DNA from: Deltaproteobacteria bacterium
GTDB lineage: Bacteria > Myxococcota_A > Polyangia > Polyangiales > Houyiibacteriaceae
Reading direction: 5' to 3'
Length of the DNA stretch: 64,000 nt
Assembly: GCA_034670305.1 (NCBI GenBank)
Contig: JAXMNT010000012.1
Location: 32,001-96,000 of the forward strand
This document shows, piece by piece, positions 47,120 to 60,683 of the stretch (position 1 is its first letter; each line of letters opens with the position of its first letter). The notes beneath the pieces were generated by a model. That model was given only the letters and a program-made list of their open reading frames with translations. It did not search any database and was not told where the DNA came from. A program made the translations under genes and the position numbers.

Positions 47120-48322
47120 TCACTCGTGGCGGAGCGCTTCCACTGGGTCCAAACGGCTCGCGCGCCGCGCTGGGCCGACGCCGAAGACGACGCCGATCGC
47201 GAGCGACACGCCGAGGCTGAGCGCGTAGGCGTAGGTCGGGACGGAGGTCTCCCAACCGCCGAGCCTGGCGATGCCGATCGCGACGCCGGTGCCGAGTATC
47301 ACCCCGGCCAGCCCTCCGAAGGCGGAGACGACGATCGACTCGACGAGGAACTGCAGAAGGATGTCGATGCGGCGTGCGCCGACCGCCATGCGCACCCCGA
47401 TCTCGCGGGTCCGTTCGCGGACCGAGACGAGCATGATGTTCATGATGCCGATGCCGCCGACGAAGAGGCTCACCGCGGCGACGCTGCCGAGCAGGGTCGT
47501 GAACGTGCCGGTGATGGCGCCCATGGTCTCGAGCATCTCGGTCTGGGAGCGGACCTCGAAGTCGTCGTCGGCGTCCGCGTGGATGCGGTGGCGCAAGCGC
47601 AGCAGCGTCTCCACCCGCGCCTGCACCGCGTCGGAGACCGCCTCGCTCTCGACCTGCACCGAGATGGTCGAGAGGGCGTCTTGGCCGAAGAGCGACCCTT
47701 GGTGCACGCCGAGCGGCACGAGCACGTAGTCGTCCGGGGATGCCCAGCCGACGTCGCCCTTCTCCACGAGCACGCCGAGCACGGTGAACCCTTGGCCGGC
47801 GATCTGGATGCGTTCGCCGAGCGGGTTCGCGGCGCCGAAGAGATCGCGCGCCACGCCCCCGCCGAGCACCGCGACCCGTCGACGCGCGCGGTCGTCGGCG
47901 TCCGTGAACCCGATGCCGCGCGCGACCTCGAGGTTGCGGATGTCGAGGTAGCTCGCGGAGACCCCGTAGATGGTCGTCTGGAGGTTGTTCTCGAGGTACT
48001 TCACTTGCGCGGACCCGCCGTTCTCGGCGCTGACCGCAGTCACCCCCGAGAGCTCGCCGATCGCCTCCGCGTCGGACCGCACCAAGGTCGCCGCACTGCC
48101 GGTGCGTACGGGTCCGGTGCCGCGGGCGGGACGCACCGTGAGCAGGTTCGAGCCGAGCGCGCGGATGCGGCCTTCGACGCTGGCTTTGGCGCCTTCGCCG
48201 ATCGCGAGCACCGAAACCACGGCGGCGACGCCGATGATCATGCCGAGCGCGGTCAGCCCGGTTCGCAAGCGGTTGGAGCTGAGCGAGCGCCACGCGGAGC
48301 GCACGGTTTCATGGAGCAGCAT
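47120..48322 (-). CDS. MacB/FtsX-type ABC permease
   Basis: LTALGMIIGVAAVV, VGGIGIMNIMLVSVRERTREIG, PARRASRLDPVEALR. Confidence 0.95.
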   Translation of the reverse strand: MLLHETVRSAWRSLSSNRLRTGLTALGMIIGVAAVVSVLAIGEGAKASVEGRIRALGSNLLTVRPARGTGPVRTGSAATLVRSDAEAIGELSGVTAVSAENGGSAQVKYLENNLQTTIYGVSASYLDIRNLEVARGIGFTDADDRARRRVAVLGGGVARDLFGAANPLGERIQIAGQGFTVLGVLVEKGDVGWASPDDYVLVPLGVHQGSLFGQDALSTISVQVESEAVSDAVQARVETLLRLRHRIHADADDDFEVRSQTEMLETMGAITGTFTTLLGSVAAVSLFVGGIGIMNIMLVSVRERTREIGVRMAVGARRIDILLQFLVESIVVSAFGGLAGVILGTGVAIGIARLGGWETSVPTYAYALSLGVSLAIGVVFGVGPARRASRLDPVEALRHE

Positions 48323-49094
48323 CGCGCCCGCCTTCCTGGCTCGCTTGCAGGTTCTCGCGCAGCAGCTCTTCGACGATGGGGCCGCTCGGGCCGTCGGCCA
48401 CCACGTGCCCGTCGAGCATGCGGATGACGCGCGGCATCTCTTGGGCGACCTGCAGGTCGTGGGTGACGAGCACGAGCGTCGTGCCTTCTTCGTTCAGCCG
48501 ATGCAGCAGCTCGAGCACCTCGGCGCCGGTCCGGCTGTCGAGCGCGCCGGTCGGTTCGTCGCCGAGCAAGATCGACGGCTCGGTCACGAGCGCACGCGCG
48601 ATCGCGACGCGCTGTTTCTGGCCGCCGGAGAGCTCGTTTGGCCGGTGGTGGGCGCGGTCGGCGAGGCCCACCCGCTCCAGCGCGTGCCGTGCCCGCGCTT
48701 CCCCGTCGCGCACGCCCGCGTACAAGAGCGGCAGCGCGACGTTCTCGAGCGCGCTCGACCGCGCGAGCAGGTTGAACGACTGGAAGACGAAGCCGATGTG
48801 GCGGTTGCGGATGCGGGCTTGGTCGTCTTCGTCGAGCTGCGCGACGTCTTGGCCTTCGAGCAGGTAGTGGCCCGAAGTCGGTCGGTCGAGGCAGCCGAGC
48901 AGGTGCAAGAGCGTGCTCTTGCCGCAGCCGGAGGGACCGACGATCGCGACCGCGTCGCCGCGTTCGATCCGGAACGAGACCCCGTCGAGCGCGACCACGC
49001 GGATCTCAGGGCGGTCGGGGTGGTAGATGCGCGTGAGGCCTTTGACCTCGACCGGCGCGACATCGCTCTGCACCACCTTCGGCGGCGCGTTCAT
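48309..49094 (-). CDS. ABC ATP-binding protein (MacB/LolD-type)
   Basis: GPSGCGKST, LSGGQKQRVAIARAL, DEPTGALD, VTHD. Confidence 0.95.
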   Translation of the reverse strand: MNAPPKVVQSDVAPVEVKGLTRIYHPDRPEIRVVALDGVSFRIERGDAVAIVGPSGCGKSTLLHLLGCLDRPTSGHYLLEGQDVAQLDEDDQARIRNRHIGFVFQSFNLLARSSALENVALPLLYAGVRDGEARARHALERVGLADRAHHRPNELSGGQKQRVAIARALVTEPSILLGDEPTGALDSRTGAEVLELLHRLNEEGTTLVLVTHDLQVAQEMPRVIRMLDGHVVADGPSGPIVEELLRENLQASQEGGRDAAP

Positions 49095-50335
49095 CGCATG
49101 CCTCCACCGCCGCCACGCCGGCCGCCGCCGCCAGGCATCAGACTCATGGTGGTCGCGGCGACCGGTGCGTCGGCGCTCGGCACCGCGCGCACTTCGTCGC
49201 CGTCTTCGAGCCCTTGGAGCACCACGAGCCGCCGGCCGTCGGTGGCGCCGCTTCGAATGCGGCGGGTCTCACCGCTCGCCAACTGGACCACCCGGCTGCG
49301 GCCTTCGGTTCGAACCGCGGCGAGCGGCACAAGCACGCCTTCTTCGAGCCCGGTCAAGATGGAGAGGTCCGCGCTCATGCCCGAGCGCAGCAGCGACGCC
49401 TGTTCGTCGCGCACGACGATCTCCACGTCGAAGGTCACGATGTTCGCTTCTTCGACGCCGAGCGGCGCGACCCGCTCGACCTGACCGGCGAAGGTGCGGT
49501 CGGGGTAAGCGTCGACGCGGATCTCCACTTCTTGGCCCGGCTCCACGCGGCCGATCTGGGCTTCGTCGATCGACCCGACGACGCGCAGGTCCGAGAGGTC
49601 GGCGACGGTGGCGAGCGCGGTGCCGCCCGACACGTTCGAGATGGCGGACGCGACGATCGACCCGCGCTCGACGGTGACATCGAGCACCGTGCCGGCGACC
49701 GGCGCGGCGATGGTCATCTCGGCCAGGCGCTGCTCGGCGTCTTGCACCGCGAGGCGCGCGGCGGCGAGGGTGGCCTGCGAGGCGCGGAGCGCGGCTTGCC
49801 GCAAAGTCACCGTGGCGGTGGCGACCTGCGCGGTGCTCGTGGCGCTTCGGGTGGACTCCGCGCTTGCGAGGCCCCGCTCGGCGGCCCGCTCGCTCAAGCT
49901 CCGCGCGGCCTCGGCTTCTTCGGCTTGGGCCTGCGCGACGCTGATGTTCGCGCGCGACTGGCCCACGTCGGCGGTGACCCGGCGGAGCGTGACCTGGGCG
50001 TCTTCGAGCGCACGCTCGGCATCGCGGGCGTCGAGCCGGAAGAGCACCTGCCCCGCTTCGACCACGTCGCCTTCTTCGACCAGCACTTCGATGATCTCAC
50101 CGGACGCGCGCGACTTCACCTCGACTTGCACGTGCGGCTCGATGCGTCCGGTCGCTTCGGCGGTCTGGCGGACCTCACCGCGGGCGACGGTGAACGTCTC
50201 GCCCGCCGGCGTGGCCGCGTTCTGCTGCTGGCTCCACCACCAGGCGCCTCCAGCGCCCAGCAGGGCGACGAGGGCGAGGGTCTTGTAGGGGATCTTGAAG
50301 CGGCTGAGCAGGGGTCGAGCGGTGGCGGTGGTCAT
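49091..50335 (-). CDS. MacA-like periplasmic adaptor
   Basis: VEVKSRASGEI, IAAPVAGTVL, DEAQIGRV..VDAYP, LRSGMSA. Confidence 0.92.
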   Translation of the reverse strand: MTTATARPLLSRFKIPYKTLALVALLGAGGAWWWSQQQNAATPAGETFTVARGEVRQTAEATGRIEPHVQVEVKSRASGEIIEVLVEEGDVVEAGQVLFRLDARDAERALEDAQVTLRRVTADVGQSRANISVAQAQAEEAEAARSLSERAAERGLASAESTRSATSTAQVATATVTLRQAALRASQATLAAARLAVQDAEQRLAEMTIAAPVAGTVLDVTVERGSIVASAISNVSGGTALATVADLSDLRVVGSIDEAQIGRVEPGQEVEIRVDAYPDRTFAGQVERVAPLGVEEANIVTFDVEIVVRDEQASLLRSGMSADLSILTGLEEGVLVPLAAVRTEGRSRVVQLASGETRRIRSGATDGRRLVVLQGLEDGDEVRAVPSADAPVAATTMSLMPGGGGRRGGGGGMR

Positions 50336-51933
50336 CGGGCGGTCTCCGAGCGGGCGGGGGTCGAACCTGCGGAAGCGGAACGAGGGGCGGTGGAACTCGC
50401 GGATGCGGCAGACGCAACGGGCTGCAGGCCGAAACGATCGACCAAGATCCCCGCGTCGTGTTCGAGCCGGTGCATCGCGGTCGCGGTGTCGACCTCGGCG
50501 CGCAGTCGGCCGAGCTCGGATTCCCGGGCGGTCTGTTGGGCTTCGAGGAGCGCGATCGTGGTGGTGGTGCCGAGCTCGAGCCGGCCCCGTTCGGCTTCTG
50601 CGAGTTGCTCCGCGATCGACGCGCTCTCCGTGGCGAGCGGCACCCGCTCGGTGGCCGCGAGCACTTCTTCGTAGCGTGACTCGAGCGTGGCGCGGAGCAG
50701 CCCGATGCCGGCTTCGTGGTCGAGCTCCGCCGACGCGAGCAAGGTGCTGGCTTGTTCGTGCCGGGCGTCCTGGGCGCTCGATCCGATCGGCAGCTCGAGC
50801 TCGAGCCCGCCGGTCGCGACGAAGCCAGGCCGGCCACCAGGAAGTTGCGCGCCGGGCAAAGCATCGTCGGCCCAGAAGGTCAGCAAGCCCGCCGAAGCCA
50901 CGAAGTCGAGCTGCGCCCTCGACTGGTTGCGCGCGGCGCGCAGGCGCTGCTCGGCGGCTTCGACCGACGCGGCGAGCGCGACCAGATCCGGCGAGTGCGA
51001 CTCGGCGGTTTGCAGAAGCGCCCTGAGCTCACCGAGCGGCCGGGTGGTCGGCGGCGTGTCGGCGACGTCGATCGCGGTCGGCGAGGTCGCGAGCAGACGC
51101 GCCAGTTCGATCCGCCGCGTGGTTCGCAAGAGCTCGGCGCTCCGGCGCGAGTCGCGGAGCGACGCGAGCGAGCTGCGGAACCGCAACGCTTCGGCCGGGG
51201 CGAGCGCGCCGAGTTCCACCCGCTGCTCCGCTTCGGCGAGCTGCCGCTCCGCGAGCGACTGGGCTTCGACCTGTACCGCGAGGGCGCGCTCCGCGTACCA
51301 GAGCTCCCAGTACGCGAGCAGCACATCGCGCACGACCGCGCTCACAGCGACCTCTTGCTGGGCGATGGTCTGCCGCTCGGTCGCCTGCGCTTCGCGCTCG
51401 GTCGCCAGCACCGCGTCGCGTCCACCACCACGCAGGAGCGGCTGGCGAAAGGTCGCGAGGAGCTGCGACTGGTAGTTCGGTCCGATCGAGACGCTGGTCG
51501 AGGTGCCTGGGTCTCGGTTGACGGTTCGCCAAGAAGCCGAGGACGAGAGGTCGATCGACACGACCGAACCGACGTCGCTCGTCCAGGAGAGCCCGAGCCC
51601 GAGCGCGACGTCCTGGCTGTTGTTGCGGACCACGCCATCGGTGGTGCCCGCGAAGCTCTCGCGGTAGGAGCCGTTGAGCGACGCGGTCGCGACGGGACCG
51701 CGGGCTTCTTCGGTCGCGCGGGTGCCTTGGCGGGAAGCCAGCACCGTGAGCAACGCCGAGCGCACGTCGGGGTTCGCGTCGATGGCGCGCGCGAGCACGT
51801 CTTCGACCGAGTGGCCGACCGGCGCTTGCCCATGGTTCGACTCGGACTGCGCGGCGGCGGGGCCGGCCAAGACGGGCGCGAGGAACACGGCGAACGCAAC
51901 GAGGAGGGAAGACCGGACCGTCATACGTTTCAT
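50332..51933 (-). CDS. TolC family outer-membrane efflux protein
   Basis: Signal peptide, AIDANPDV, QPLLRGGG, VLLAYWEL, ELGTTTTIALLEAQ. Confidence 0.9.
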   Translation of the reverse strand: MKRMTVRSSLLVAFAVFLAPVLAGPAAAQSESNHGQAPVGHSVEDVLARAIDANPDVRSALLTVLASRQGTRATEEARGPVATASLNGSYRESFAGTTDGVVRNNSQDVALGLGLSWTSDVGSVVSIDLSSSASWRTVNRDPGTSTSVSIGPNYQSQLLATFRQPLLRGGGRDAVLATEREAQATERQTIAQQEVAVSAVVRDVLLAYWELWYAERALAVQVEAQSLAERQLAEAEQRVELGALAPAEALRFRSSLASLRDSRRSAELLRTTRRIELARLLATSPTAIDVADTPPTTRPLGELRALLQTAESHSPDLVALAASVEAAEQRLRAARNQSRAQLDFVASAGLLTFWADDALPGAQLPGGRPGFVATGGLELELPIGSSAQDARHEQASTLLASAELDHEAGIGLLRATLESRYEEVLAATERVPLATESASIAEQLAEAERGRLELGTTTTIALLEAQQTARESELGRLRAEVDTATAMHRLEHDAGILVDRFGLQPVASAASASSTAPRSASAGSTPARSETAR

Positions 51934-51979
51934 GTGCGCCTTGCGGCGATGTCGTTCCACGGGTGTTGCGTGTGGGTTC

Positions 51980-51994
51980 GTAAAGGTGTGTAAG
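51980..51994 (+). promoter_or_regulatory. CpxR-type box GTAAA-N5-GTAAG
   Basis: One mismatch from the established GTAAA-N5-GTAAA consensus, in the divergent gap between tolC and the cpxR-like gene. Confidence 0.7.
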
Positions 51995-52036
51995 CACACC
52001 TTCCGCGGATGGGCTCGGGTCGTCATGCTCCCTTTC

Positions 52037-52744
52037 ATGGCGCGGCTTCTGGTCATCGACGACGACGACGAGCTCGGCGAGCTGCTCGGCACCTACCTGG
52101 GCGCCGAGGGCTTCGAGGTCGAGCTCGTGCACGACGGCCACACGGGCCTGGCCCGAGCGCTCGAAGGCGGGTTCGACCTGATCGTGCTCGACGTGATGTT
52201 GCCCGGCCAAAACGGGTTCGACGTGCTGCGCGCGCTCCGCAAGAGTTCGCGCGTACCGGTGCTGATGTTGACCGCGCGCGGCGAGGACGTGGACCGCATC
52301 GTCGGGCTCGAACTCGGTGCGGACGACTACCTGCCGAAGCCCTTCAACCCGCGCGAGCTCGTCGCCCGCATCCGCGCCATCCGCCGGCGTCTCGACGACG
52401 CGCCGGTCGCACCTCAGCCGCTGAGCGTCGGTGCGGTCACCCTCGATCCGGCGACCCACGTCGTCACGGTCCACGACGATCCGGTCGCCCTCACCACCGC
52501 AGAGTTCGCCATCCTCGAGATCCTCCTGCGGCAGGCCGGCCACGTCGTGACCCGGGAGACCCTCTGCGAAGAAGCACTCGAGCGCGCGTTCTCGCCGTTC
52601 GACCGCAGCATCGACGTGCACGTCTCGAACTTGCGCAAGAAGCTGAGCGGGGCGCTCGCCGCGGGTGCCTCCGAAGACGCGCCGGCCGAAGATCCGATCC
52701 GCACCGTGCGCGGAACCGGCTACCTCTACGCGGTGAGCCGATGA
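52037..52744 (+). CDS. cpxR: OmpR-family response regulator, CpxR-like
   Basis: LDVMLPG, MLTARGEDVDRIVGLELGADDYLPKPF, PFDRSIDVHVSNLRKKL. Confidence 0.85.
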   Translation: MARLLVIDDDDELGELLGTYLGAEGFEVELVHDGHTGLARALEGGFDLIVLDVMLPGQNGFDVLRALRKSSRVPVLMLTARGEDVDRIVGLELGADDYLPKPFNPRELVARIRAIRRRLDDAPVAPQPLSVGAVTLDPATHVVTVHDDPVALTTAEFAILEILLRQAGHVVTRETLCEEALERAFSPFDRSIDVHVSNLRKKLSGALAAGASEDAPAEDPIRTVRGTGYLYAVSR

Positions 52745-54186
52745 GGAGCACGCGCCGTGCGTTTGGTTCTCGCGGGCTCTTCGTTCGACTCTTTGCCGGC
52801 TTCTGGGTGGCCATGCTGGTCATCGGCGCCGGCACCTTCGCGATCTTCGAACTCAGCGGACCACCGCCGCGCTGGGCCAAGCGGCGCGCCCTCTTCGACG
52901 ACGCGCTCCGGCTCCAGGGTGAAATCGCGCTGCAAGCGTACGAGTCCGAAGGGCCCGAGGCCGCCGCCGAGACGTTGCGTGATCTGGATCGGCGCACCGG
53001 CATCGCGCTGGCGGTGATTCAACCGGACGAATCCGGCGAAGAGCGGGTCCTCGCCGGCGAGGTCGACGGAGATCCACTCGAGCTCGCCCGCCGCCTTCGG
53101 CTGGAGGGTCAGACGCCGAACGATCGGTCGAGCCTCGAGATCGACGAGGGCGGCCGCGCGATGCTGCTCATCGATCTGCCTGGCGGCGCCTACGCGGTCT
53201 CGACCCGACACCGCAGCAGCGCGCTCGATCGGTTCGTCGGACCGAACCTGCCCGCGCGACTCGCGGTGATGGCGCTCGTCGCGGGGTTGCTCGCGTTCTT
53301 TCTCGCGCGCTGGCTCGCCCGGCCGCTCGGCCGATTGCGGCGCGCGACCCGCGAGATCGCGGAGGGCCGGCTCGACGTGCGGGTCGCCTCGCGGGTGCGG
53401 GGTGGACCGCAGGAGATCGAGGCGCTCGCGGCGGACTTCGATCGGATGGCGGCCCGCATCGAGTCGCTGGTGGCATCGCAGCAGCGCATGATCCGGGACG
53501 TCTCCCACGAGCTGCGTTCACCGCTCGCGCGGCTGCACGTCGCGCTCGAGCTCGCGCGTCAGAACACCTCCAACGACGACGCCACGACGCACCTGGACCG
53601 GATCGAACTCGAAGCCGAGCGCCTCGGTGAACTCATCGGGCAGATCTTGACGCTCTCGAAACTCGAAGGCGGCCTGCCGAGCGAGGGCCCGGTCGATCTC
53701 GAGGCGCTCGTCGAAGAGGTCGTCGGCGACGCGAGCTACGAAGCCGACGCGAAGGGTCGTTCGGTCGACTGGCAGCGCGGGGAAGTCCGCCCCCTGCGCG
53801 GGAGCGCCGACGTCTTGCGCTGGGCGATCGAGAACGTCTTGCGCAACGCGCTCCGGTTCACCCCGGAGGACTCCAGCGTAGAAGTACGCACGGAGTCCCT
53901 GGAAGGCGACCGCGTGGCGATCACGATCCGAGACCACGGACCCGGCGTGCCCGAGCACCAACTCGAGGCGATCTTCCGGCCGTTCTTTCGCATCGGCACC
54001 GACCGCGATCGGCGCACTGGTGGCCGCGGCGTCGGTCTCGCGATCGCAGAACGTGCGGTGCTCGCCCACCGCGGTTCGATCCGCGCGGAGAACGAAACCA
54101 CCGGCGGCCTGCGGGTGACCATCGAGTTGCCGGCTGCGGGTGAAGCCGAGAGCGAACCCCCGAGCGATTCAAGGGAGCTCACGTGA
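52741..54186 (+). CDS. cpxA: HAMP-HisKA-HATPase sensor kinase, CpxA-like
   Basis: DVSHELRSPLARL, ENVLRNA, DHGPGVP..IFRPFFR, GVGLAI. Confidence 0.85.
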   Translation: MRSTRRAFGSRGLFVRLFAGFWVAMLVIGAGTFAIFELSGPPPRWAKRRALFDDALRLQGEIALQAYESEGPEAAAETLRDLDRRTGIALAVIQPDESGEERVLAGEVDGDPLELARRLRLEGQTPNDRSSLEIDEGGRAMLLIDLPGGAYAVSTRHRSSALDRFVGPNLPARLAVMALVAGLLAFFLARWLARPLGRLRRATREIAEGRLDVRVASRVRGGPQEIEALAADFDRMAARIESLVASQQRMIRDVSHELRSPLARLHVALELARQNTSNDDATTHLDRIELEAERLGELIGQILTLSKLEGGLPSEGPVDLEALVEEVVGDASYEADAKGRSVDWQRGEVRPLRGSADVLRWAIENVLRNALRFTPEDSSVEVRTESLEGDRVAITIRDHGPGVPEHQLEAIFRPFFRIGTDRDRRTGGRGVGLAIAERAVLAHRGSIRAENETTGGLRVTIELPAAGEAESEPPSDSRELT

Positions 54187-55546
54187 GCCCGAACGAGACG
54201 GCCCCCGACCAAGACATCTCCGACGACACCGATTCCGCCCCTGGCCCGGCGGCGTCGGTGGCGCCCGCCGCGAAGCGCAGCCGGCGCGCGTGGCTCTTGT
54301 GGTTGTTGCCACTCGCGATCGGTGCGCTCGCCGCCGGTCGCTGGTGGCTCGCGGACGATGGTTCGGAAGCGCGCCGCGGCGGCAGCGACGCGCCGGTGCC
54401 AGTCGAGGTAGCAGCGGTCCGCACCGGCACGCTCGAGACGGAGCGCGCGCTCTCGGGTGCGCTCGAGCCGGCCGCACAGATCGTGCTCACAGCGGAGCTG
54501 GACGGCACGGTTGAAGAGGTCGCGGTGGATCTCTCGGACAGCGTCGCGCCCGGCGGTTTGCTCGCGCGGCTCGATGCCCGCGAACAGCGCCAGCTCGCGG
54601 CGGCCGCGCGGGCCGAACTCGAGGTAGCCCAAGCGCGGGCCAACGCGATGCGAAGCGCGCGGGATCTGGCGGCCCGCACCCTCGAGCGCTCGAACGCACT
54701 TGAAGATCGCGGGCTGCTCTCGGGCCGTGCGCTCGACGAGACCCGCTCGGCCTCCGAACGCGCCGAAGCCGACCTCGCCATCGCCGAAGCCGAAGTCGCG
54801 CGGGCGCGCGCGAACGCCCAGTCGGCGCGGTTGCGGCTACAGCGCACCGAAGTTCGAGGCCGGTGGTCGGAAGAGGACGGGCCACGGCAGGTGTCGATGC
54901 GCCACGTGGACGAAGGCGCCCGAGTGCGGGTGGGCGATCCCCTCTTCACGCTGGTCGACACCGACCCGCTGCTGGTGGTGGTCCAGGTCGGCCCCACCGA
55001 CTACGCACGGCTCGCGGTTGGGCAGGTCGTCGCGTTGGTGGCGGGTGAGAGCAGCGGACCGGGCAACCGCGAAGGTGGCGCCGCCGTCGGCCAGGTCGAA
55101 GGACAGGTCGCCCGCATCGCGCCGGACTTCGATCCCACCACCCGGCAAGCGCGGGTCGAGATCGAGATCGCCAACCCGGAGGGCCGCCTGCAGCCCGGCA
55201 TGTTCGTGCGCGCCCGCGCGACGGTGGACCGCGCGCGCTCCGGCACGTTGGTCCCCGAGACCGCGCTCGCCCCGCGCAGCGGAACCCACGTCGTCTTCCT
55301 CGTGCGGGACGGCGTCGCCCACGAAGTCCCGGTCGATGTCCTGCTCCGCGCCGACGGGACCGCGCTGGTCGAAGGTGCCGACCTGCAAGGCGACGTCGTG
55401 GTGCTCGGTCACGAGCGGCTTCGCGACGGGGCATCGGTCGATGTGGTCGCCGCGCGGAGTGAAGACGCGGCCGAGGCGGGCTCCGAGCGTCCTGGTTCAG
55501 CAGGTTCGACGAAGATGGGCCCTGCTTCGCCGATGGCCCGCACCCG

Positions 55547-55550
<4 letters not shown>
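54183..55550 (+). CDS. RND periplasmic adaptor subunit
   Basis: TM anchor, lipoyl/hairpin region, RIAPDFDPTTR, LQPGMFV. Confidence 0.92.
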
Positions 55551-58594
<3,044 letters not shown>

Positions 58595-58667
58595 GCTCCC
58601 TGCCCTTGCCCTGTCTCTCCAAAACACCACGCAGGGAAGATGGCGTCGGCGGGGTACACTTGCCGGC

Positions 58668-59633
58668 ATGCGTAACCGAACGGTGGCCTTCTCCTTTCCT
58701 CTTCTCTGTGCCCTCGCGTGCTTTGGGCTCGGGTGCGGCGACGACGATGGCGGCGTCGATGCGGCCGGCCAAGATGCGGGCGCCGAAGACGCGCGTTCTG
58801 GCTCCGATGTGCCTGCCGTTGACGGTGGCCCAGAGGAGGACGCAGGTGAAGTCGAGGACGCGGGCGAAGTCGAGGACGCGGGCGAAGGCGAAGACGCCGG
58901 CCCCGCGACCACCGACTTCGTCGAGATCGACGGCATCGTGTCGTTCGAAGCCGAGCACTACTCGGAGCAGACCAACACCGACACCGGCACCGAGTGGTAC
59001 ACGTTCGACGCCGACGGACCGGCGCCGGACGTGACCTGCGTGACGAACGTGTCTTGCGCAGACGCCGCGGACCGGCCGGACTGCAACCAGTACCCGAACT
59101 GTGATCCGGACGACCTCGATCCCACCGAAGCGATCGGCAACGCGTACGTGGAGTCGCTGCCCGACCGGCGGCGCGACGACTCGGAGCCGGGCACCGGCGG
59201 CACCATCGGGGTCGTGAACACCCCGGGCGCGGGACCGACCTTGAAGTACGAGGTCACCTTCACCCGCACCGGCCGCTACTACGTCTGGGCGCACGCGCGC
59301 GGGCAGGGCCCGGCGGCCAACGGCCTGCACTGCGGCTTCGACGGCACCTGGCCGAGCAACGATCTGATCGACCCGAGCACCATGCGCATGCAGTTCCCGA
59401 ACGGCTGGCGCTGGAACCAGAACCGCCGCGGCGGCACCAACCACACCGGCGTGCCGGCAGGCGACGGCGTCTCGTTGCGGGACGCGAACATCTGGCTCGA
59501 GATCACCGAGCCGGGTGTGCACACGATCGAGTTCTCGATGCGCGAAGACGGACTCGAGCTCGACAAGTTCGTGCTCGCGTTGGACGAGGACTTCGTGCCC
59601 GAAGGCGACGGCCCGCCGGAGACCCGGCCCTAG
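58668..59633 (+). CDS. Lipoprotein with carbohydrate-binding-like jelly-roll domain
   Basis: Lipobox GLGC, EDAG repeats, [35 protein letters not shown]. Confidence 0.8.
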   Translation: MRNRTVAFSFPLLCALACFGLGCGDDDGGVDAAGQDAGAEDARSGSDVPAVDGGPEEDAGEVEDAGEVEDAGEGEDAGPATTDFVEIDGIVSFEAEHYSEQTNTDTGTEWYTFDADGPAPDVTCVTNVSCADAADRPDCNQYPNCDPDDLDPTEAIGNAYVESLPDRRRDDSEPGTGGTIGVVNTPGAGPTLKYEVTFTRTGRYYVWAHARGQGPAANGLHCGFDGTWPSNDLIDPSTMRMQFPNGWRWNQNRRGGTNHTGVPAGDGVSLRDANIWLEITEPGVHTIEFSMREDGLELDKFVLALDEDFVPEGDGPPETRP

Positions 59634-59741
59634 TACCGGGGGGCGGCTCCGCGCCCGTCCCCGAAGGGTTGGTTTTCCACCCACCGAACCCACCGCCGGA
59701 AAAGCAGAAAGCTTCCACAGCCCGCGGTGGTATGAGAACCC

Positions 59742-60602
59742 ATGCGGTTGGCGGGTGACAAGCAGGTGCGCGCGTGGAGCTCAGGGCAGGTCAAAAAGCC
59801 CGAGACGTTGAACTACCGGACCTTCAAACCGGAGAAGGACGGACTCTTCTGCGTGGAGATCTTCGGTTCGTTTCCGCCCCTGGAGCGCGGCGGGCCCGAC
59901 ACGCAGATCGGACACATCGAACTCTGCCAGCCAGTGGTGCATCCGTGGTTCCGAACGAAGCTCGCACAGCTGCTCGGCGTGTCGGTGATCGAGGTGAACG
60001 CGCTGTGCCTGAGCGAGCGGGCGATGGTGATGGACCCGGGGCCGTCGTCGCTGCGCAGGGGACAGATCGTGACGATCGCGGAGCGGGAGAACCTGCTCGG
60101 CGAATGGGGTGGCGATGTGACGCTGGCCACTGGTACCGCCGAACTGCGCGCGGTGCTTGGGTCCGCCGCGGACGAGGTGTGTTTGAACGCGGTGCCCGTG
60201 TGCCCGCCGTCGATCCGGCCCATGCAGTACCTCGAAGGCAAGCTGATCAAGACCCACGGCTTGTGCGATCTGTACCGACGCATGGTGAACCGCGCGAACC
60301 GGCTGCGGCGGCTCGTGGAACTGAACGCGCCCGAGATCATTCTCGTCAACGAAGCGCGCATGCAGCAGGAAGCGTTCGATGCGTTGATCGAGAACGGTGA
60401 GGGACCGAAGGTCATCACGGGCACCGACAAGGAACGACTCCCTTCGTTGCTCGATGCGTTCCGGGAGGTCCATGGCCCGAACGCCGACCCACTCGCCGGC
60501 GACTACCCGGACACGCCGCTCATCCGCTCGCTCGCGTTGACGCGAGGCAGCGCGGCCGCAAGTTCAGCCCCGGCCAACCCCGACGACTTCGACTTCGACT
60601 GA
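59742..60602 (+). CDS. Stand-alone RNA polymerase beta' N-terminal (clamp) paralogue, non-catalytic
   Basis: WSSGQVKKPETLNYRTFKPEKDGLFC..IFG, GHIEL..PVVHPWF, VPVCPPSIRP, DLYRRMVNRANRLRRLVELNAPEIILVNEARMQQEAFDALIENG; no zinc-ribbon cysteines, no NADFDGD. Confidence 0.9.
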   Translation: MRLAGDKQVRAWSSGQVKKPETLNYRTFKPEKDGLFCVEIFGSFPPLERGGPDTQIGHIELCQPVVHPWFRTKLAQLLGVSVIEVNALCLSERAMVMDPGPSSLRRGQIVTIAERENLLGEWGGDVTLATGTAELRAVLGSAADEVCLNAVPVCPPSIRPMQYLEGKLIKTHGLCDLYRRMVNRANRLRRLVELNAPEIILVNEARMQQEAFDALIENGEGPKVITGTDKERLPSLLDAFREVHGPNADPLAGDYPDTPLIRSLALTRGSAAASSAPANPDDFDFD

Positions 60603-60683
60603 TCAGGGGCGCTCGGAGGTCGGCTCGAAGCGCCAGCGCCGGAGCACGAGCCGCTCGGTCTGCCATCGGGGGGCGAGGTTCAC
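60603..60683 (-). pseudogene. 5' remnant of a RimJ/RimL-type GNAT acetyltransferase gene
   Basis: GTG-NLAPRWQTERLVLRRW matches the family's TERLxLRxW start; TGG-TATCTG box 6 nt upstream; stops after 26 codons. Confidence 0.55.

Noticed and set aside
59742-60602. Calling this the genuine rpoC or a frameshifted rpoC
   Set aside because: No rpoB upstream, no continuation of RpoC downstream in the track, and zinc ribbon and catalytic motif absent.
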